Below are positions 1-10,316 of a stretch of 64,000 nucleotides of DNA, one piece after another. Under the pieces are notes generated by a model that did no database searches, was not told the DNA's origin, and saw only the letters and a list, made by a program, of their open reading frames with translations. Both the position numbers and the translations under genes were made by a program. The stretch's first letter is position 1; every line of letters begins with the position of its first letter. The stretch is taken from assembly GCA_049889535.1 (NCBI GenBank), contig JBMHDF010000011.1, forward strand, positions 18,459 through 82,458, written 5' to 3'. This DNA is from Parvibaculales bacterium. GTDB taxonomy: Bacteria; Pseudomonadota; Alphaproteobacteria; RS24.

Positions 1-490
1 CATCACGCTCTGGGCTTTGAATTGCCTCTAGAACAAATGTCAGATTGCGAGACTTCTCACGAATTTCGACAATATCACCTGCTTTCAGGCGGGCACTTGG
101 AATATTACAACGCCGCCCATTCACCATCACATGACCATGATTAACGAATTGACGGGCAGCAAAAACGGTTGAAACAAACTTCGCACGATATACCACAGCA
201 TCAAGACGCTGCTCCAGCAAACCAATCAGGTTTTCGCTGGTATCACCTTTAATTCGAGAGGCTTCCTTATAGGTTCGCTTAAACTGTTTCTCAGTTATAT
301 TGCCATAATAGCCTTTCAGCTTTTGTTTGGCACGTAACTGCAGACCAAAGTCTGACAGCTTTCCGCGACGGTTTTGACCATGTTGGCCAGGTCCGTATTC
401 ACGACGGTTAACAGGGCTTTTAGGACGCCCCCAAATATTTTCGCCCATACGACGATCGATTTTGTACTTTGTACTGATCCGCTTGCTCAT
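1..490 (-). CDS. rpsD: 30S ribosomal protein S4, first ~163 codons (3' end runs off the window; not in the ORF track)
   Basis: Own translation of the minus strand from the ATG at 490-488 gives [63 protein letters not shown]..., the conserved bacterial S4 N-terminus. The frame stays open to position 1. Confidence 0.9.
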   Translation of the reverse strand, partial: MSKRISTKYKIDRRMGENIWGRPKSPVNRREYGPGQHGQNRRGKLSDFGLQLRAKQKLKGYYGNITEKQFKRTYKEASRIKGDTSENLIGLLEQRLDAVVYRAKFVSTVFAARQFVNHGHVMVNGRRCNIPSARLKAGDIVEIREKSRNLTFVLEAIQSPERD

Positions 491-602
491 GCGGTTATCC
501 TCCAATTGGCATTTTGCCTTGAATTAAGAACGCGGCCCATCCGCATTCGTCAGTGGCGCGCAGTATAGGCATCATAGCCCAACTGTCAAACACCAAATGG
601 TC

Positions 603-1430
603 TTATTTATCATCTTTTTGTAGACTATCGAGCGGGCCTGGATCTGTATCCCCGCGCGAAATAGCAAGAACCCGCTGTTTCATTTCGGTATCGCGTGCAT
701 CGCGCGGCCAGCGCAGCAAAGAGTTAATTACCCCCCGAAAAGTCCGAATATCTTGCTCGGTTAAATCAGCCCGCAGAAACATATTTTTAAGGTTCCGCAT
801 CATGGCTGGGGCTTTTTCGACAGGCAGCAAAAAACCTGAATGGTGCAAAGCGTTTTCCAAATGCGCAAACATGCCATTAAGCTCGTCACGCGTTGCCGGA
901 CGCGTATTGGGCATGGCTTGTGTTTGCATGGGCGTTTTATCCTCATGTTCAAACCAGCAATGCGCTGTGAGCAAAACCGCTTGTGCCAAATTAAGTGAGG
1001 CAAAGTCAGGGTTCACAGGCACGCGGCAAATCACATCGCTGGCGGCAATTTCTTCATTATGCAAGCCGGTACGCTCTGGCCCGTAAATCAAGCCAGATTT
1101 TTGCTGTATCGCCGCGCGTTGATGAATTTCTGCGGCGACTTTTTTAGGCGTGAAGGTTGTTTTGACCATATCGCGCGGGCGGGCAGATGTCGCAATAAGA
1201 TAATGCAAATCTGCACAAGCTTCTTTTAAAGAACTAAATTCCTGTCTTTGCTCGATAAGCGCATCCGCACCAGATGCTGCTTTGATGGCACGCTCAATAT
1301 CCCAACCCGCGCGCGGGTTCACCAAACGCAAATCTGTTAGGCCAAAATTCAGCATGGCACGCGCCACAGTGCCGATATTATCCCCCAATTGAGGGCGTAT
1401 TAAAATCACAGCAGGCTTAAAATCACTCAT
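603..1430 (-). CDS. SpoU/TrmH-family RNA 2'-O-methyltransferase, TrmJ-like
   Basis: VILIRPQLGDNIGTVARAMLNFGLTDLRLVNP ... LIYGPERTGLHNEE ... SLNLAQAV follows the TrmH group-1 (TrmJ) motif order. Confidence 0.8.
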   Translation of the reverse strand: MSDFKPAVILIRPQLGDNIGTVARAMLNFGLTDLRLVNPRAGWDIERAIKAASGADALIEQRQEFSSLKEACADLHYLIATSARPRDMVKTTFTPKKVAAEIHQRAAIQQKSGLIYGPERTGLHNEEIAASDVICRVPVNPDFASLNLAQAVLLTAHCWFEHEDKTPMQTQAMPNTRPATRDELNGMFAHLENALHHSGFLLPVEKAPAMMRNLKNMFLRADLTEQDIRTFRGVINSLLRWPRDARDTEMKQRVLAISRGDTDPGPLDSLQKDDK

Positions 1431-1548
1431 AATTTGTCCAATTTTTTAATTTATAGATGGAATATGACATCCTGCCCCTTTAATCAATGCGAAACCTTTG
1501 TTATAGAGTGAGTGCAAATAAACCACTTTGGGCACAAGAGGGACACAT

Positions 1549-2763
1549 ATGACAAAAATTAAAGTTGAAAATCCTGTCGTCGAAATGGACGGCGATGAAA
1601 TGACACGCATCATCTGGCAGTTCATTAAAGACAAACTGATACATCCTTATCTCGATATTGATTTGAAATATTACGATCTTGGTATTGAAGCACGAGATGA
1701 CACAAATGACCAAATCACCATTGATGCGGCAGAAGCGATTAAGCAATATGGCGTCGGTGTTAAATGCGCAACCATAACACCAGATGAGCAGCGTGTTGAG
1801 GAATTTGGTCTTAAAGAAATGTGGCGTTCACCGAATGGCACCATCAGAAACATTTTAGGCGGCACAGTCTTTCGCGAGCCCATTATCTGCAAAAATGTCC
1901 CCCGCCTTGTTCCTGGTTGGACCGACCCAATTGTGATTGGCCGTCATGCTTTTGGAGACCAATATCGTGCAACCGATTTTCTGGTGCCTGGCAAAGGTAA
2001 ATTAACCATTAAATGGGAAGCTGAAGATGGCAGCGAAACCATTGAACGCGAAGTGTTTGACTTTACAGGCAGCGGCGTTTCAATGGCCATGTATAATCTT
2101 GATGACTCAATCCGTGACTTTGCCCGCGCCAGCATGAATTATGGTCTTGCGCGCAAATGGCCGGTTTATCTCTCAACCAAAAACACAATCATGAAGGCCT
2201 ATGATGGCCGCTTTAAAGATTTGTTTGAGGAAGTTTATCAAACAGAATTTAAAGACCAGTTTGAGGCAGCAGGGATTGATTATGAACATCGCCTGATTGA
2301 CGATATGGTGGCCTGCGCCATGAAGTGGAATGGCAAATTTGTTTGGGCTTGTAAAAACTATGATGGTGATGTGCAGTCAGATACAGTCGCTCAAGGCTTT
2401 GGTTCTTTGGGCTTGATGACATCAACCTTGCTGACACCAGATGGGAAAATTATGGAAGCCGAAGCGGCACATGGCACAGTGACGCGTCATTATCGCCAGC
2501 ACCAAAAAGGCGAGGAAACCTCAACCAATTCTATCGCTTCTATCTTTGCTTGGACACGCGGTCTGATTAAGCGTGGGGAAATTGATGGCAATCAAGCGTT
2601 GGTAGATTTTGCGACCACGCTTGAAAAGGTTTGCGTGTCGACTGTGGAAAGTGGTCATATGACAAAAGACCTTGCACTGTTGGTTGGCTCTGAACAAAAA
2701 TGGCTAACCACAACTGGCTTCTTGGATAAGGTTGACGAAAACCTCCAAAAAGCCATGAGCTAA
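1549..2763 (+). CDS. icd: NADP-dependent isocitrate dehydrogenase (homodimeric, eukaryote-like type)
   Basis: [31 protein letters not shown]...[13 protein letters not shown] is full-length IDH. Start set at ATG 1549, preceded by AGAGGGA. The track start at 1528 is upstream and unlikely. Confidence 0.95.
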   Translation: MTKIKVENPVVEMDGDEMTRIIWQFIKDKLIHPYLDIDLKYYDLGIEARDDTNDQITIDAAEAIKQYGVGVKCATITPDEQRVEEFGLKEMWRSPNGTIRNILGGTVFREPIICKNVPRLVPGWTDPIVIGRHAFGDQYRATDFLVPGKGKLTIKWEAEDGSETIEREVFDFTGSGVSMAMYNLDDSIRDFARASMNYGLARKWPVYLSTKNTIMKAYDGRFKDLFEEVYQTEFKDQFEAAGIDYEHRLIDDMVACAMKWNGKFVWACKNYDGDVQSDTVAQGFGSLGLMTSTLLTPDGKIMEAEAAHGTVTRHYRQHQKGEETSTNSIASIFAWTRGLIKRGEIDGNQALVDFATTLEKVCVSTVESGHMTKDLALLVGSEQKWLTTTGFLDKVDENLQKAMS

Positions 2764-2792
2764 AAATATAGTTTGGCTAAATTGAGATTAAG

Positions 2793-2825
2793 AAACGCGG
2801 CTCTTCCAAAGTGCCGCGTTTTTTA
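2793..2825. terminator. Hairpin between convergent icd and alaS (AAACGCGGC-loop-GCCGCGTTT followed by a T-run)
   Basis: 9-bp stem at 2793-2801 / 2813-2821 followed by TTTTT on the plus strand. It overlaps the alaS stop and has a weaker U-tract on the minus strand. Confidence 0.5.
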
Positions 2826-5474
2826 TGCCTCCAGCTGGGCTTTAATCGCATCAAGCGCGGCGGCGCATTGAGAGACATCATTGCCACCTGCCTGTGCCAT
2901 GTCAGGCCGCCCCCCGCCACCTTGACCACCAAGTTTTTCAGCTCCCAAACGCACCAGCTCGACTGCATTAAACTTATTTGTGAGGTCTTCAGTAACGCCA
3001 ACTGCGATACCAGCCTTGCCATCTAATGTGCCAATAAAAACCACCACACCGCTGCCAATTTTCTTTTTGCCCTCATCAACAAGACCGCGAAGCTCCTTAG
3101 GCGCAATCCCATCAACATGCTTTCCTAAGAAAGACACATCAGCAATGGTTTGCACATCGTCTTGATCTTGTGCAGAGCCGCCCCCCATAGCCAGCTGTTT
3201 TTTGGCCTCAGCCAGCTCACGCTCCAGACGTTTTTTATCATCAATGAGACCTTGCACCCGCGCCGGCACATCGCCAGCACCGGTTTTCAATATTTGGGCT
3301 GTGTCTTTAATATATTGCTCTTGCTGTTGCATATAGGCGCGCGCTGGTCCGGCTGTTTTCGCCTCAATACGCCGCACACCAGAGGCCACAGCTCCCTCTG
3401 ACACAATTTTAAAAACAGATATATCCCCCAATCTGTTGACATGAGTGCCACCGCATAGCTCAACCGAATAGGCTTTGTCATCATCTGTATGCGTCCCCAT
3501 AGAGAGCACCCGCACTTCATCGCCATATTTTTCACCAAATAATGCAAGCGCGCCTGCGTCAATGGCTTCTTGCGGGGTCATCAGCCGCGTGGAAACCTCA
3601 TCATTTTGTTGGATTATCTCATTAACCATATTTTCAACTTCAATCAGCGCTTCATGGTTCATGGCCTTTGGGTGACTAAAATCAAACCTTAGCCCGTCAG
3701 CCGTCACCAAAGACCCTTTTTGTGTCACATGGTCACCCAGCACACGGCGCAACGCCTCGTGCAAAAGATGAGTTGCCGAATGATTGGCTTTGATATTATC
3801 ACGACGCGCCGCATCTACATGCAAATGAACTGTCGCCCCTTTGTGCAGCTCGCCCGCTGTGATAACACCACGATGAACATGTAAATCGCCGAGATATTTT
3901 TGCGTGTCCTGAACCTGCATAATCGCGCCATCAGCAGAAACAATCTCGCCACAATCACCAATCTGCCCGCCACTTTCTGCATAAAACGGCGTTTGATTTG
4001 TCAGAACATCAACTTCATCACCCTGTTTTGCCTTTTCTTTATTTTCATTATTTAAAATAATGGCAGACACAACAGCTTCAGCTTCAGTTCCTTGATAACC
4101 AACAAACTCACTTGCCCCAATATCATTGCGAATATCAAACCAGATTTTATCGGTTGCCGCCTCACCCGAACCAGACCAGTTGGCGCGCGCTTCCTCGCGT
4201 TGCTTTTCCATTGCCGCATTAAAGCCATCAATATCGACCCCAAGCCCGCGCTCACGCATCGCATCTTGGGTTAAATCCAATGGGAAACCATATGTATCAT
4301 AAAGCTTAAAGGCAACATCACCCGGTAAGTCCTTATTGGGATGCGCGCTCACCTTTTCCTCTAAAAGTTTCAGGCCCCGACTTAAAGTTTCGCGAAAACG
4401 CTCTTCCTCATGACGCAGAGTTTCAACAATTAGAGCATTGGCACGCTCTAGCTCCGGATAAGCGGCTGCCATTTGCGTTTTTAAAGCTGGCACAAGCTGC
4501 CATAAAAGCGGCTCCTTCGTGCCCAGCAAATGCGCATGACGCATGGCACGCCGCATAATGCGCCGCAACACATACCCCCGCCCCTCATTTGACGGCAATA
4601 CGCCATCCGCCATCAAAAAGGCGGAAGCACGCAAATGGTCCGCAATCACACGATGACTATTAAAATGAGGCCCTTCAATAGCGACGCCTGAATGGTCAGC
4701 CGAGCTTTCAATCAAATGCCAGATTAAATCTGTTTCATAATTATCATGCTTACCTTGCAAAACCGCGCCGATACGCTCAAGCCCCATGCCCGTGTCAATG
4801 GATGGCGAGGGCAAATCAATACGCGTGCCATCAGCCTGTTGCTCATATTGCATGAAAACCAAATTCCAGATTTCAATAAATCGGTCACCATCTTCATCAG
4901 GGCTTCCAGGCGGGCCACCTGCAATGGCCTCGCCATGATCAAAAAAGATTTCAGAGCACGGGCCACATGGGCCTGTGTCACCCATTGACCAAAAATTATC
5001 ACTGGTGGCAATGCGGATAATTTTATCATCAGAAAAGCCGGCAATTTTCTTCCATAAAAGGGTGGCTTCCTCATCTTCTGCATAAACAGTGGCCAACAGC
5101 TTATCTTTGGGCAGCTCCATTTCCTGAGTTAAAAACCGCCAGGCATAATCAATTGCCTCCTCCTTGAAATAATCACCGAAAGAGAAATTCCCGAGCATTT
5201 CAAAGAAAGTGTGATGACGCGCCGTATAGCCAACATTGTCCAAGTCATTATGCTTGCCGCCAGCGCGAACGCATTTTTGCGAACTCACCGCGCGGGGCGC
5301 AGCGGGTGTCTCCTGCCCTGTAAAATAATTTTTAAATGGCACCATGCCCGCATTGGTGAAAAGCAAAGTCGGGTCATTAAGTGGCACGAGCGGGCTTGAC
5401 TCAGTGACGCGGTGGTCATGCTTTTCAAAAAATTCCAGAAAAGCAGTGCGAATATCGGCTAGTCCTGTTGACAT
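2823..5474 (-). CDS. alaS: Alanine--tRNA ligase
   Basis: 883 aa. N-terminus [31 protein letters not shown]..., with [18 protein letters not shown] and the C-terminal DHHA1-like end. GGGAG ribosome-binding site upstream. Confidence 0.97.
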   Translation of the reverse strand: MSTGLADIRTAFLEFFEKHDHRVTESSPLVPLNDPTLLFTNAGMVPFKNYFTGQETPAAPRAVSSQKCVRAGGKHNDLDNVGYTARHHTFFEMLGNFSFGDYFKEEAIDYAWRFLTQEMELPKDKLLATVYAEDEEATLLWKKIAGFSDDKIIRIATSDNFWSMGDTGPCGPCSEIFFDHGEAIAGGPPGSPDEDGDRFIEIWNLVFMQYEQQADGTRIDLPSPSIDTGMGLERIGAVLQGKHDNYETDLIWHLIESSADHSGVAIEGPHFNSHRVIADHLRASAFLMADGVLPSNEGRGYVLRRIMRRAMRHAHLLGTKEPLLWQLVPALKTQMAAAYPELERANALIVETLRHEEERFRETLSRGLKLLEEKVSAHPNKDLPGDVAFKLYDTYGFPLDLTQDAMRERGLGVDIDGFNAAMEKQREEARANWSGSGEAATDKIWFDIRNDIGASEFVGYQGTEAEAVVSAIILNNENKEKAKQGDEVDVLTNQTPFYAESGGQIGDCGEIVSADGAIMQVQDTQKYLGDLHVHRGVITAGELHKGATVHLHVDAARRDNIKANHSATHLLHEALRRVLGDHVTQKGSLVTADGLRFDFSHPKAMNHEALIEVENMVNEIIQQNDEVSTRLMTPQEAIDAGALALFGEKYGDEVRVLSMGTHTDDDKAYSVELCGGTHVNRLGDISVFKIVSEGAVASGVRRIEAKTAGPARAYMQQQEQYIKDTAQILKTGAGDVPARVQGLIDDKKRLERELAEAKKQLAMGGGSAQDQDDVQTIADVSFLGKHVDGIAPKELRGLVDEGKKKIGSGVVVFIGTLDGKAGIAVGVTEDLTNKFNAVELVRLGAEKLGGQGGGGRPDMAQAGGNDVSQCAAALDAIKAQLEA

Positions 5475-5540
5475 AAAAAACTCCCTGCCATGCTTTTACC
5501 GCTCAGCGCGCCTTATGCCAAGCCCTCCTGTTAATAAAAC

Positions 5541-5569
5541 AAAGAAAAACCCCCTTAAAAGGGGGTTTT
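5541..5569 (-). terminator. Rho-independent terminator downstream of recA
   Basis: AACCCCC-TTAAAA-GGGGGTT hairpin. On the minus strand it is followed by TTTTTCTTTGTTTT. It lies 51 nt after the recA stop. Confidence 0.6.
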
Positions 5570-5619
5570 ATTACTGTTTATAACTGCCGACACAAACCAG
5601 CCGCAGAAAGTTTAACCGA

Positions 5620-6711
5620 TTAGCCCGCAGCTTCTTCAGGCGTGTCATCGCCAGCATCATAATCATCGCCTTCTTGCAATGGCTCGACCTCAATCAAGCC
5701 CGCATCGGCACGGATTTTTTGTTCGATTTCAGCGGCCATATCCGGATTATCTTTCAAAAACTGGCGAACATTTTCTTTGCCTTGTCCGATTCGTTGGTCG
5801 CCATAGCTAAACCAACTACCAGCCTTATCGATAATTTCAGCTTTCACACCCAAATCAATCAGTTCGCCCATTTTTGAAATACCCTCACCATAGAGAATAT
5901 CAAATTCAACCACACGGAATGGCGGGGCGACTTTATTTTTGACCACTTTGACACGGGTCTGGTTGCCAATCACCTCGTCACGGTCTTTAATTGCACCAAT
6001 GCGGCGAATGTCCAGACGCACAGAGGAATAGAATTTCAAAGCATTCCCACCTGTTGTGGTTTCTGGTGAGCCAAACATCACACCAATTTTCATACGAATT
6101 TGGTTGATGAAAATCACCATTGTGTTGGATTTAGAAATCGACGCGGTGAGTTTACGCAAAGCTTGGCTCATCAAGCGCGCCTGCAACCCAGGCAGGCTAT
6201 CGCCCATATCGCCTTCCAATTCCGCGCGTGGTGTGAGGGCAGCAACAGAATCAATCACCAACACATCAACCGCGCCAGAACGCACCAGCGTATCAGCAAT
6301 TTCCAATGCCTGCTCCCCATTATCAGGCTGCGATATCAGCAATTCACCAATATCAACCCCTAGCTTGCCAGCATAGATGGGGTCAAGCGCATGCTCAGCA
6401 TCAATAAACCCGCAAATGCCACCTTTTTTCTGCGCCTCTGCCACTGTGTGCAAAGCCATCGTTGTTTTGCCAGAGCTTTCAGGGCCATAAATTTCAATAA
6501 TCCGGCCTTTTGGCAGACCGCCAATGCCCAGCGCCACATCGAGCCCTAAGGATCCGGTTGGCACGGATTCAATTTCCACCACGCGGTCTTCATCACCCAG
6601 TTTCATCACCGAGCCTTTGCCATAATTACGTTCGATTTGGCTAAGTGCCGCTTCGAGTGCTTTTTGTTTATCCGAATTATCTGTCATCAGGTTCACCAAT
6701 TTTCCAGTCAT
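5620..6711 (-). CDS. recA: Recombinase A
   Basis: [26 protein letters not shown]...[16 protein letters not shown] (Walker A). AGGGAG ribosome-binding site 8-9 nt before ATG 6711. Confidence 0.97.
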   Translation of the reverse strand: MTGKLVNLMTDNSDKQKALEAALSQIERNYGKGSVMKLGDEDRVVEIESVPTGSLGLDVALGIGGLPKGRIIEIYGPESSGKTTMALHTVAEAQKKGGICGFIDAEHALDPIYAGKLGVDIGELLISQPDNGEQALEIADTLVRSGAVDVLVIDSVAALTPRAELEGDMGDSLPGLQARLMSQALRKLTASISKSNTMVIFINQIRMKIGVMFGSPETTTGGNALKFYSSVRLDIRRIGAIKDRDEVIGNQTRVKVVKNKVAPPFRVVEFDILYGEGISKMGELIDLGVKAEIIDKAGSWFSYGDQRIGQGKENVRQFLKDNPDMAAEIEQKIRADAGLIEVEPLQEGDDYDAGDDTPEEAAG

Positions 6712-6761
6712 TGCTTATCTCCCTTATTTCATAGGCTGGTTTAAGCAGCAATAACATATTT

Positions 6762-6776
6762 GTTCACATTTTGTTC
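6762..6776 (-). promoter_or_regulatory. Alphaproteobacterial SOS (LexA) box GTTC-N7-GTTC upstream of recA
   Basis: The plus strand reads GTTCACATTTTGTTC, which is GAACAAAATGTGAAC on the recA strand. It sits 51-65 nt upstream of the recA ATG and has the same architecture as the umuD box at 33023. Confidence 0.7.
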
Positions 6777-6931
6777 TATTATGCAAGTCTTTTTTTATCC
6801 CATTGATTTTACTTACATTATAGAACTATGTTCTGGTTTTATATCGATGAGAAAGAAAAAAATTGGCCAGCCAAAACAGGCGCTCATGAGAATCACCGGC
6901 CTGCCCTAGCTTTGATATTTAAATCGGGCGC

Positions 6932-7348
6932 TTAATCGTCCCGAAACACGCGCTCGCGTTTTTCGTGGCGCTCTTGCGCTTCGAGGCTAAGTGTCGCGAT
7001 TGGTCGAGCGTCTAACCGTTTAAGGCTAATCGGCTCGCCAGTTTCCTCGCAATAGCCATAGGTCTGGTCTTCAACCCGTGCAAGCGCCGCGTCGATTTTT
7101 CCAATCAGCTTGCGCTGGCGGTCACGCGTGCGTAACTCCAGTGCTTTTTCAGATTCCGAGGATGCGCGGTCGGTTATATCTGGATGATTGATGCTTTCTT
7201 CCTGCAAAGCTGAGACGGTTTCGCGGGTTTCGCGGATAATGTCTTCTTTCCACGCCACCAGTTTGCGACGAAAATATTCCCTCTGTTTGGCATTCATAAA
7301 TGGCTCATCTTCCGACGGCACATAATTTTTAGGTAGTCTGGTTGCCAT
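6932..7348 (-). CDS. dksA: RNA polymerase-binding transcription factor DksA (single-Cys variant)
   Basis: Coiled-coil tip DITDRAS (DxxDxA) and a C-terminal YGYCEETGEPISLKRLDARPIATLSLEAQERHEK. Only one of the four canonical zinc-finger cysteines is present. Confidence 0.9.
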   Translation of the reverse strand: MATRLPKNYVPSEDEPFMNAKQREYFRRKLVAWKEDIIRETRETVSALQEESINHPDITDRASSESEKALELRTRDRQRKLIGKIDAALARVEDQTYGYCEETGEPISLKRLDARPIATLSLEAQERHEKRERVFRDD

Positions 7349-7521
7349 AATCTGACCCTTTTATTTACTGTGCACATGGATTTATATTAATTTCTGGTTC
7401 ATTTTCAAGTTCTGTTTTATGACAGCTTTGATAAAGTTTAGGATAAAGGTTATAAAGCACTATATTCATTATGGGTTTAGGCTTTCTTAAATCTAAGAAA
7501 TTGGCGTTAATGGGGAAGAAA

Positions 7522-8385
7522 ATGTCACAAAAATTTACTGGAACAGAAAATTATATCGCGACTGAGGATTTACGAGTCGCCGTCAATGCCGCGCTCACCT
7601 TAGAGCGGCCGCTGCTGATTAAGGGCGAGCCTGGCACTGGCAAAACCGTTTTGGCTGAAGAAGTCTCAAAAGCGCTCAACATGCCGCTGATTACTTGGCA
7701 CATTAAATCCACCACGAAAGCCCAGCAGGGCTTGTATGAATATGACGCCATTACCCGCCTGCGCGACAGCCAGCTCGGCGATGAGCGCGTCAAGGATGTC
7801 AAAAACTACATTAAAAAGGGCAAGCTGTGGGAGGCTTTTGAGCACTCAGGCGCCCATGAGGGCCGCGCGCTGTTGCTGATTGACGAGATTGACAAGGCCG
7901 ATATTGAGTTTCCCAATGACCTGCTGCAGGAGCTCGACCGCATGGAGTTTTTCGTTTATGAAACCGGCGAGACAATTAAAGCCGCGCAGCGCCCGCTGGT
8001 CATTATCACCTCAAACAATGAAAAAGAGCTGCCGGATGCGTTTTTGCGCCGCTGTTTTTTCCATTATATCACCTTCCCCGATGCCGACACGATGACTGAA
8101 ATCGTCAAAGTGCATTTCCCAAACATTAAAGAAAAGCTGATTAAGAAAGCGCTTTCGGTGTTTTATGAAACCCGCGAAGTGCCGGGGCTGAAGAAAAAGC
8201 CGTCCACATCCGAGCTGCTGGACTGGCTAAAGCTGTTGATGAATGAAGATATGGACACCGACCTGTTGCAAGAGCGCGACCCGAACAAGCTGATACCACC
8301 ACTACATGGCGCATTGTTGAAAAACGAGCAAGACGTCCAGCTGTTTGAAAAACTCGCCTTCCTCGCAAGACGGGAGAGGAATTAG
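7522..8385 (+). CDS. MoxR-like AAA+ ATPase (AAA_5)
   Basis: Walker A GEPGTGKT and Walker B LLLIDEIDKA. Start moved to ATG 7522, preceded by GGGGAAG. Confidence 0.85.
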   Translation: MSQKFTGTENYIATEDLRVAVNAALTLERPLLIKGEPGTGKTVLAEEVSKALNMPLITWHIKSTTKAQQGLYEYDAITRLRDSQLGDERVKDVKNYIKKGKLWEAFEHSGAHEGRALLLIDEIDKADIEFPNDLLQELDRMEFFVYETGETIKAAQRPLVIITSNNEKELPDAFLRRCFFHYITFPDADTMTEIVKVHFPNIKEKLIKKALSVFYETREVPGLKKKPSTSELLDWLKLLMNEDMDTDLLQERDPNKLIPPLHGALLKNEQDVQLFEKLAFLARRERN

Positions 8386-8389
8386 GCAC

Positions 8390-9568
8390 ATGTTTGTCAA
8401 TTTCTTCCATGATTTGAAACAAATCGGCGTGCCGGTGAGTTTGCGCGAATATCTGACGCTGCTGGAGGCGATGGATGCTGATATTGCCGAGCGCCGCGTG
8501 GAAGATTTTTATTATCTCTCGCGCTCGCTGCTGGTCAAGCATGAGCGCAATCTCGACAAGTTTGACCGCGTTTTTGCCAAAACCTTTAACGGGCTGGACA
8601 GCCTGTCGGAAACCGAAACGGCTGAAATCCCCGAAGACTGGCTGCGCGCGCTGACCGAAAAATATCTGACCGAGGAAGAAAAGGCCCAAATTGAATCGCT
8701 GGGCGGCTGGGAAAAAATTATGGAAGAGCTGCAAAAGCGGCTCGAAGAACAAAAAGAGCGCCATGAGGGCGGCAATAAATGGATTGGCACTGGCGGCACC
8801 TCGCCTTTTGGCGCCAATGGCTATAACCCAGAAGGTGTGCGCATTGGCCAAAAAACCGGCCGGCATGGCCGCGCGGTGAAGGTTTGGGACCAGCGCGATT
8901 ATAAAAATCTGGATGGCGATTTGGAGATTGGCACGCGTAATATTAAAGTCGCGCTGCGCCGCCTGCGCCGCTTTGCCCGCGAGGGCATTGCCGATAAGCT
9001 GGATTTGGACGGCACCATAAAATCCACCGCGCGGGCGGGTTATCTGGATATTAAACTGGAGGCCGAGCGTCGCAACAATATCAAAGTGCTGCTGTTTTTT
9101 GATGTTGGCGGCTCGATGGACCCTTATATCAAGCTGTGCGAGGAGCTGTTTTCGGCCGCCCGCACCGAATTTAAAAATATGGAATATTTTTATTTCCACA
9201 ATTGTTTGTATGAAGGTGTTTGGCAGGACAATCGCCGCCGCCACACCGATAAAATCCCAACATGGGATGTTTTGCACAAATATCCACATGATTACAAAAT
9301 TATTTTTGTCGGCGATGCCAGCATGAGCCCCTATGAGGTCACCTTTGCTGGCGGCTCGGTGGAGCATATGAATGAAGAAGCCGGTGCGCTGTGGCTGCAA
9401 CGCGTCTGTGAGATTTATGAAAGCGCGGTCTGGCTTAACCCGATGCCGGAAAAATATTGGCAGCACACACAATCCACGCAGATGATTAAGCAAATTTTTT
9501 CGGACCGCATGTTCCCCCTCACCCTTGATGGGCTGGACAAAGCCATGCGGGAGTTGAGTAGAGGTTAG
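8390..9568 (+). CDS. VWA domain protein (CoxE-like partner of the MoxR ATPase)
   Basis: MIDAS-like FFDVGGSMDPY. ATG 8390 lies 4 nt after the moxR stop and is preceded by GGGAGAGGA. This is the typical MoxR-VWA gene pair. Confidence 0.8.
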   Translation: MFVNFFHDLKQIGVPVSLREYLTLLEAMDADIAERRVEDFYYLSRSLLVKHERNLDKFDRVFAKTFNGLDSLSETETAEIPEDWLRALTEKYLTEEEKAQIESLGGWEKIMEELQKRLEEQKERHEGGNKWIGTGGTSPFGANGYNPEGVRIGQKTGRHGRAVKVWDQRDYKNLDGDLEIGTRNIKVALRRLRRFAREGIADKLDLDGTIKSTARAGYLDIKLEAERRNNIKVLLFFDVGGSMDPYIKLCEELFSAARTEFKNMEYFYFHNCLYEGVWQDNRRRHTDKIPTWDVLHKYPHDYKIIFVGDASMSPYEVTFAGGSVEHMNEEAGALWLQRVCEIYESAVWLNPMPEKYWQHTQSTQMIKQIFSDRMFPLTLDGLDKAMRELSRG

Positions 9569-9601
9569 AAGCACGCGCCGAAAGGCAAGCCCGGAATAAG
9601 G

Positions 9602-10225
9602 TTAACCCAATGTCCGAAACGTCACTGACACGCGGCGGCCTCTTGCTAGGCGGCGCCCCTCTACTCTGTCATTTTTGCGTTTTGCAATGCCGTGTAACCA
9701 GTCATAACGCGCCGCACCAGACAACACCAGTAGGCTACCCGGCATTAGCCATAGCGTAGTGGGCTTTTGCCCTTTAGCCCCGCCTTGCGCTGACGGCTGG
9801 AAATCCATCAGAACAGGTGCGCCAAGGCTGAGTGTGGCCAGTACTGGGCCAAAATTTGGGGTCGCGTCAATATGCGGCGCGATTCCCTGCCCGGGCTGAT
9901 AGTCATTAACAAGCACCATAGTTGCAGTGAGCGGCGTGCCATATTGAGCGGTTTTTGCCTGCACCGCGCGGGCGGTTTGAGCCAACATGGGCGGCAGCGA
10001 CGCGATGGCTTTTGCCGATGTCGTTTTGCGGCGCGTATAATCATAAACCGCGCCATAATGCTGGGTACGGCGCGACAGTCGCCTATCCCAATCCTGATGA
10101 TCTATCCAGTTTAGCAAATCCCGCGCCCGCGCCAGCGCCAAAAAATCCGGACAATAAAACGCCCCCACTGGCAAGGCCTTTGCCAATTCTATATCTTTTT
10201 TTTCAAGCGAAAAACCCAACTGCAT
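9602..10225 (-). CDS. AlkB-family Fe(II)/2-oxoglutarate dioxygenase
   Basis: HxD in GIAPHIDA, distal His in DWLHGI, and the 2OG-binding Arg block RRVSVTFR. Confidence 0.8.
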   Translation of the reverse strand: MQLGFSLEKKDIELAKALPVGAFYCPDFLALARARDLLNWIDHQDWDRRLSRRTQHYGAVYDYTRRKTTSAKAIASLPPMLAQTARAVQAKTAQYGTPLTATMVLVNDYQPGQGIAPHIDATPNFGPVLATLSLGAPVLMDFQPSAQGGAKGQKPTTLWLMPGSLLVLSGAARYDWLHGIAKRKNDRVEGRRLARGRRVSVTFRTLG

Positions 10226-10249
10226 ATTTTTGTTTTTTTAGTTAAATTA

Positions 10250-10264
10250 CTGCCAAAATCGAGC
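10250..10264. repeat. Left arm of an imperfect inverted repeat bracketing the AT-rich cassette
   Basis: CTGCCAAAATCGAGC. The reverse complement of 10900-10914 is CTGCCAAAACCGCTC, giving 12/15 matches with 9 contiguous. Confidence 0.5.
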
Positions 10265-10316
10265 GTATTTTCGTGAGTGTAACCTGGAAAGTCTGAAAAA
10301 CGAAAAGGAAAAATCC

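Noticed and set aside
2777-5474. Many 60-140-aa track ORFs nested inside or antisense to large genes (for example 4724-5083 and 3287-3562 within alaS, and similar ones in every large gene)
   Set aside because: All overlap a much longer frame with unambiguous homology. None has a start context or a recognisable motif.
6822-6834. Palindrome AGAAC-TAT-GTTCT upstream of recA, resembling a Gram-positive Cheo box
   Set aside because: The Cheo box is GAAC-N4-GTTC, whereas this one has N3. The class-appropriate direct-repeat box is already present 50 nt away. On the recA strand it overlaps a TATAAT hexamer and may simply be promoter sequence.
7397-7412. GTTC-N8-GTTC in the dksA/moxR intergenic region, resembling an SOS box
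   Set aside because: The spacer is 8 nt rather than the 7 nt seen at recA and umuD, and neither neighbouring gene is an expected SOS gene.
8141-9574. 477-aa ORF on the minus strand, the longest unexplained ORF in the track
   Set aside because: It is codon-aligned antisense to the VWA gene, which has clear MIDAS and family features and a ribosome-binding site. It stays open only because the sense gene avoids TTA, CTA and TCA. Its translation is low-complexity (rich in F, I, A, Q) with no recognisable domain and no ribosome-binding site. I treated it as a shadow ORF.
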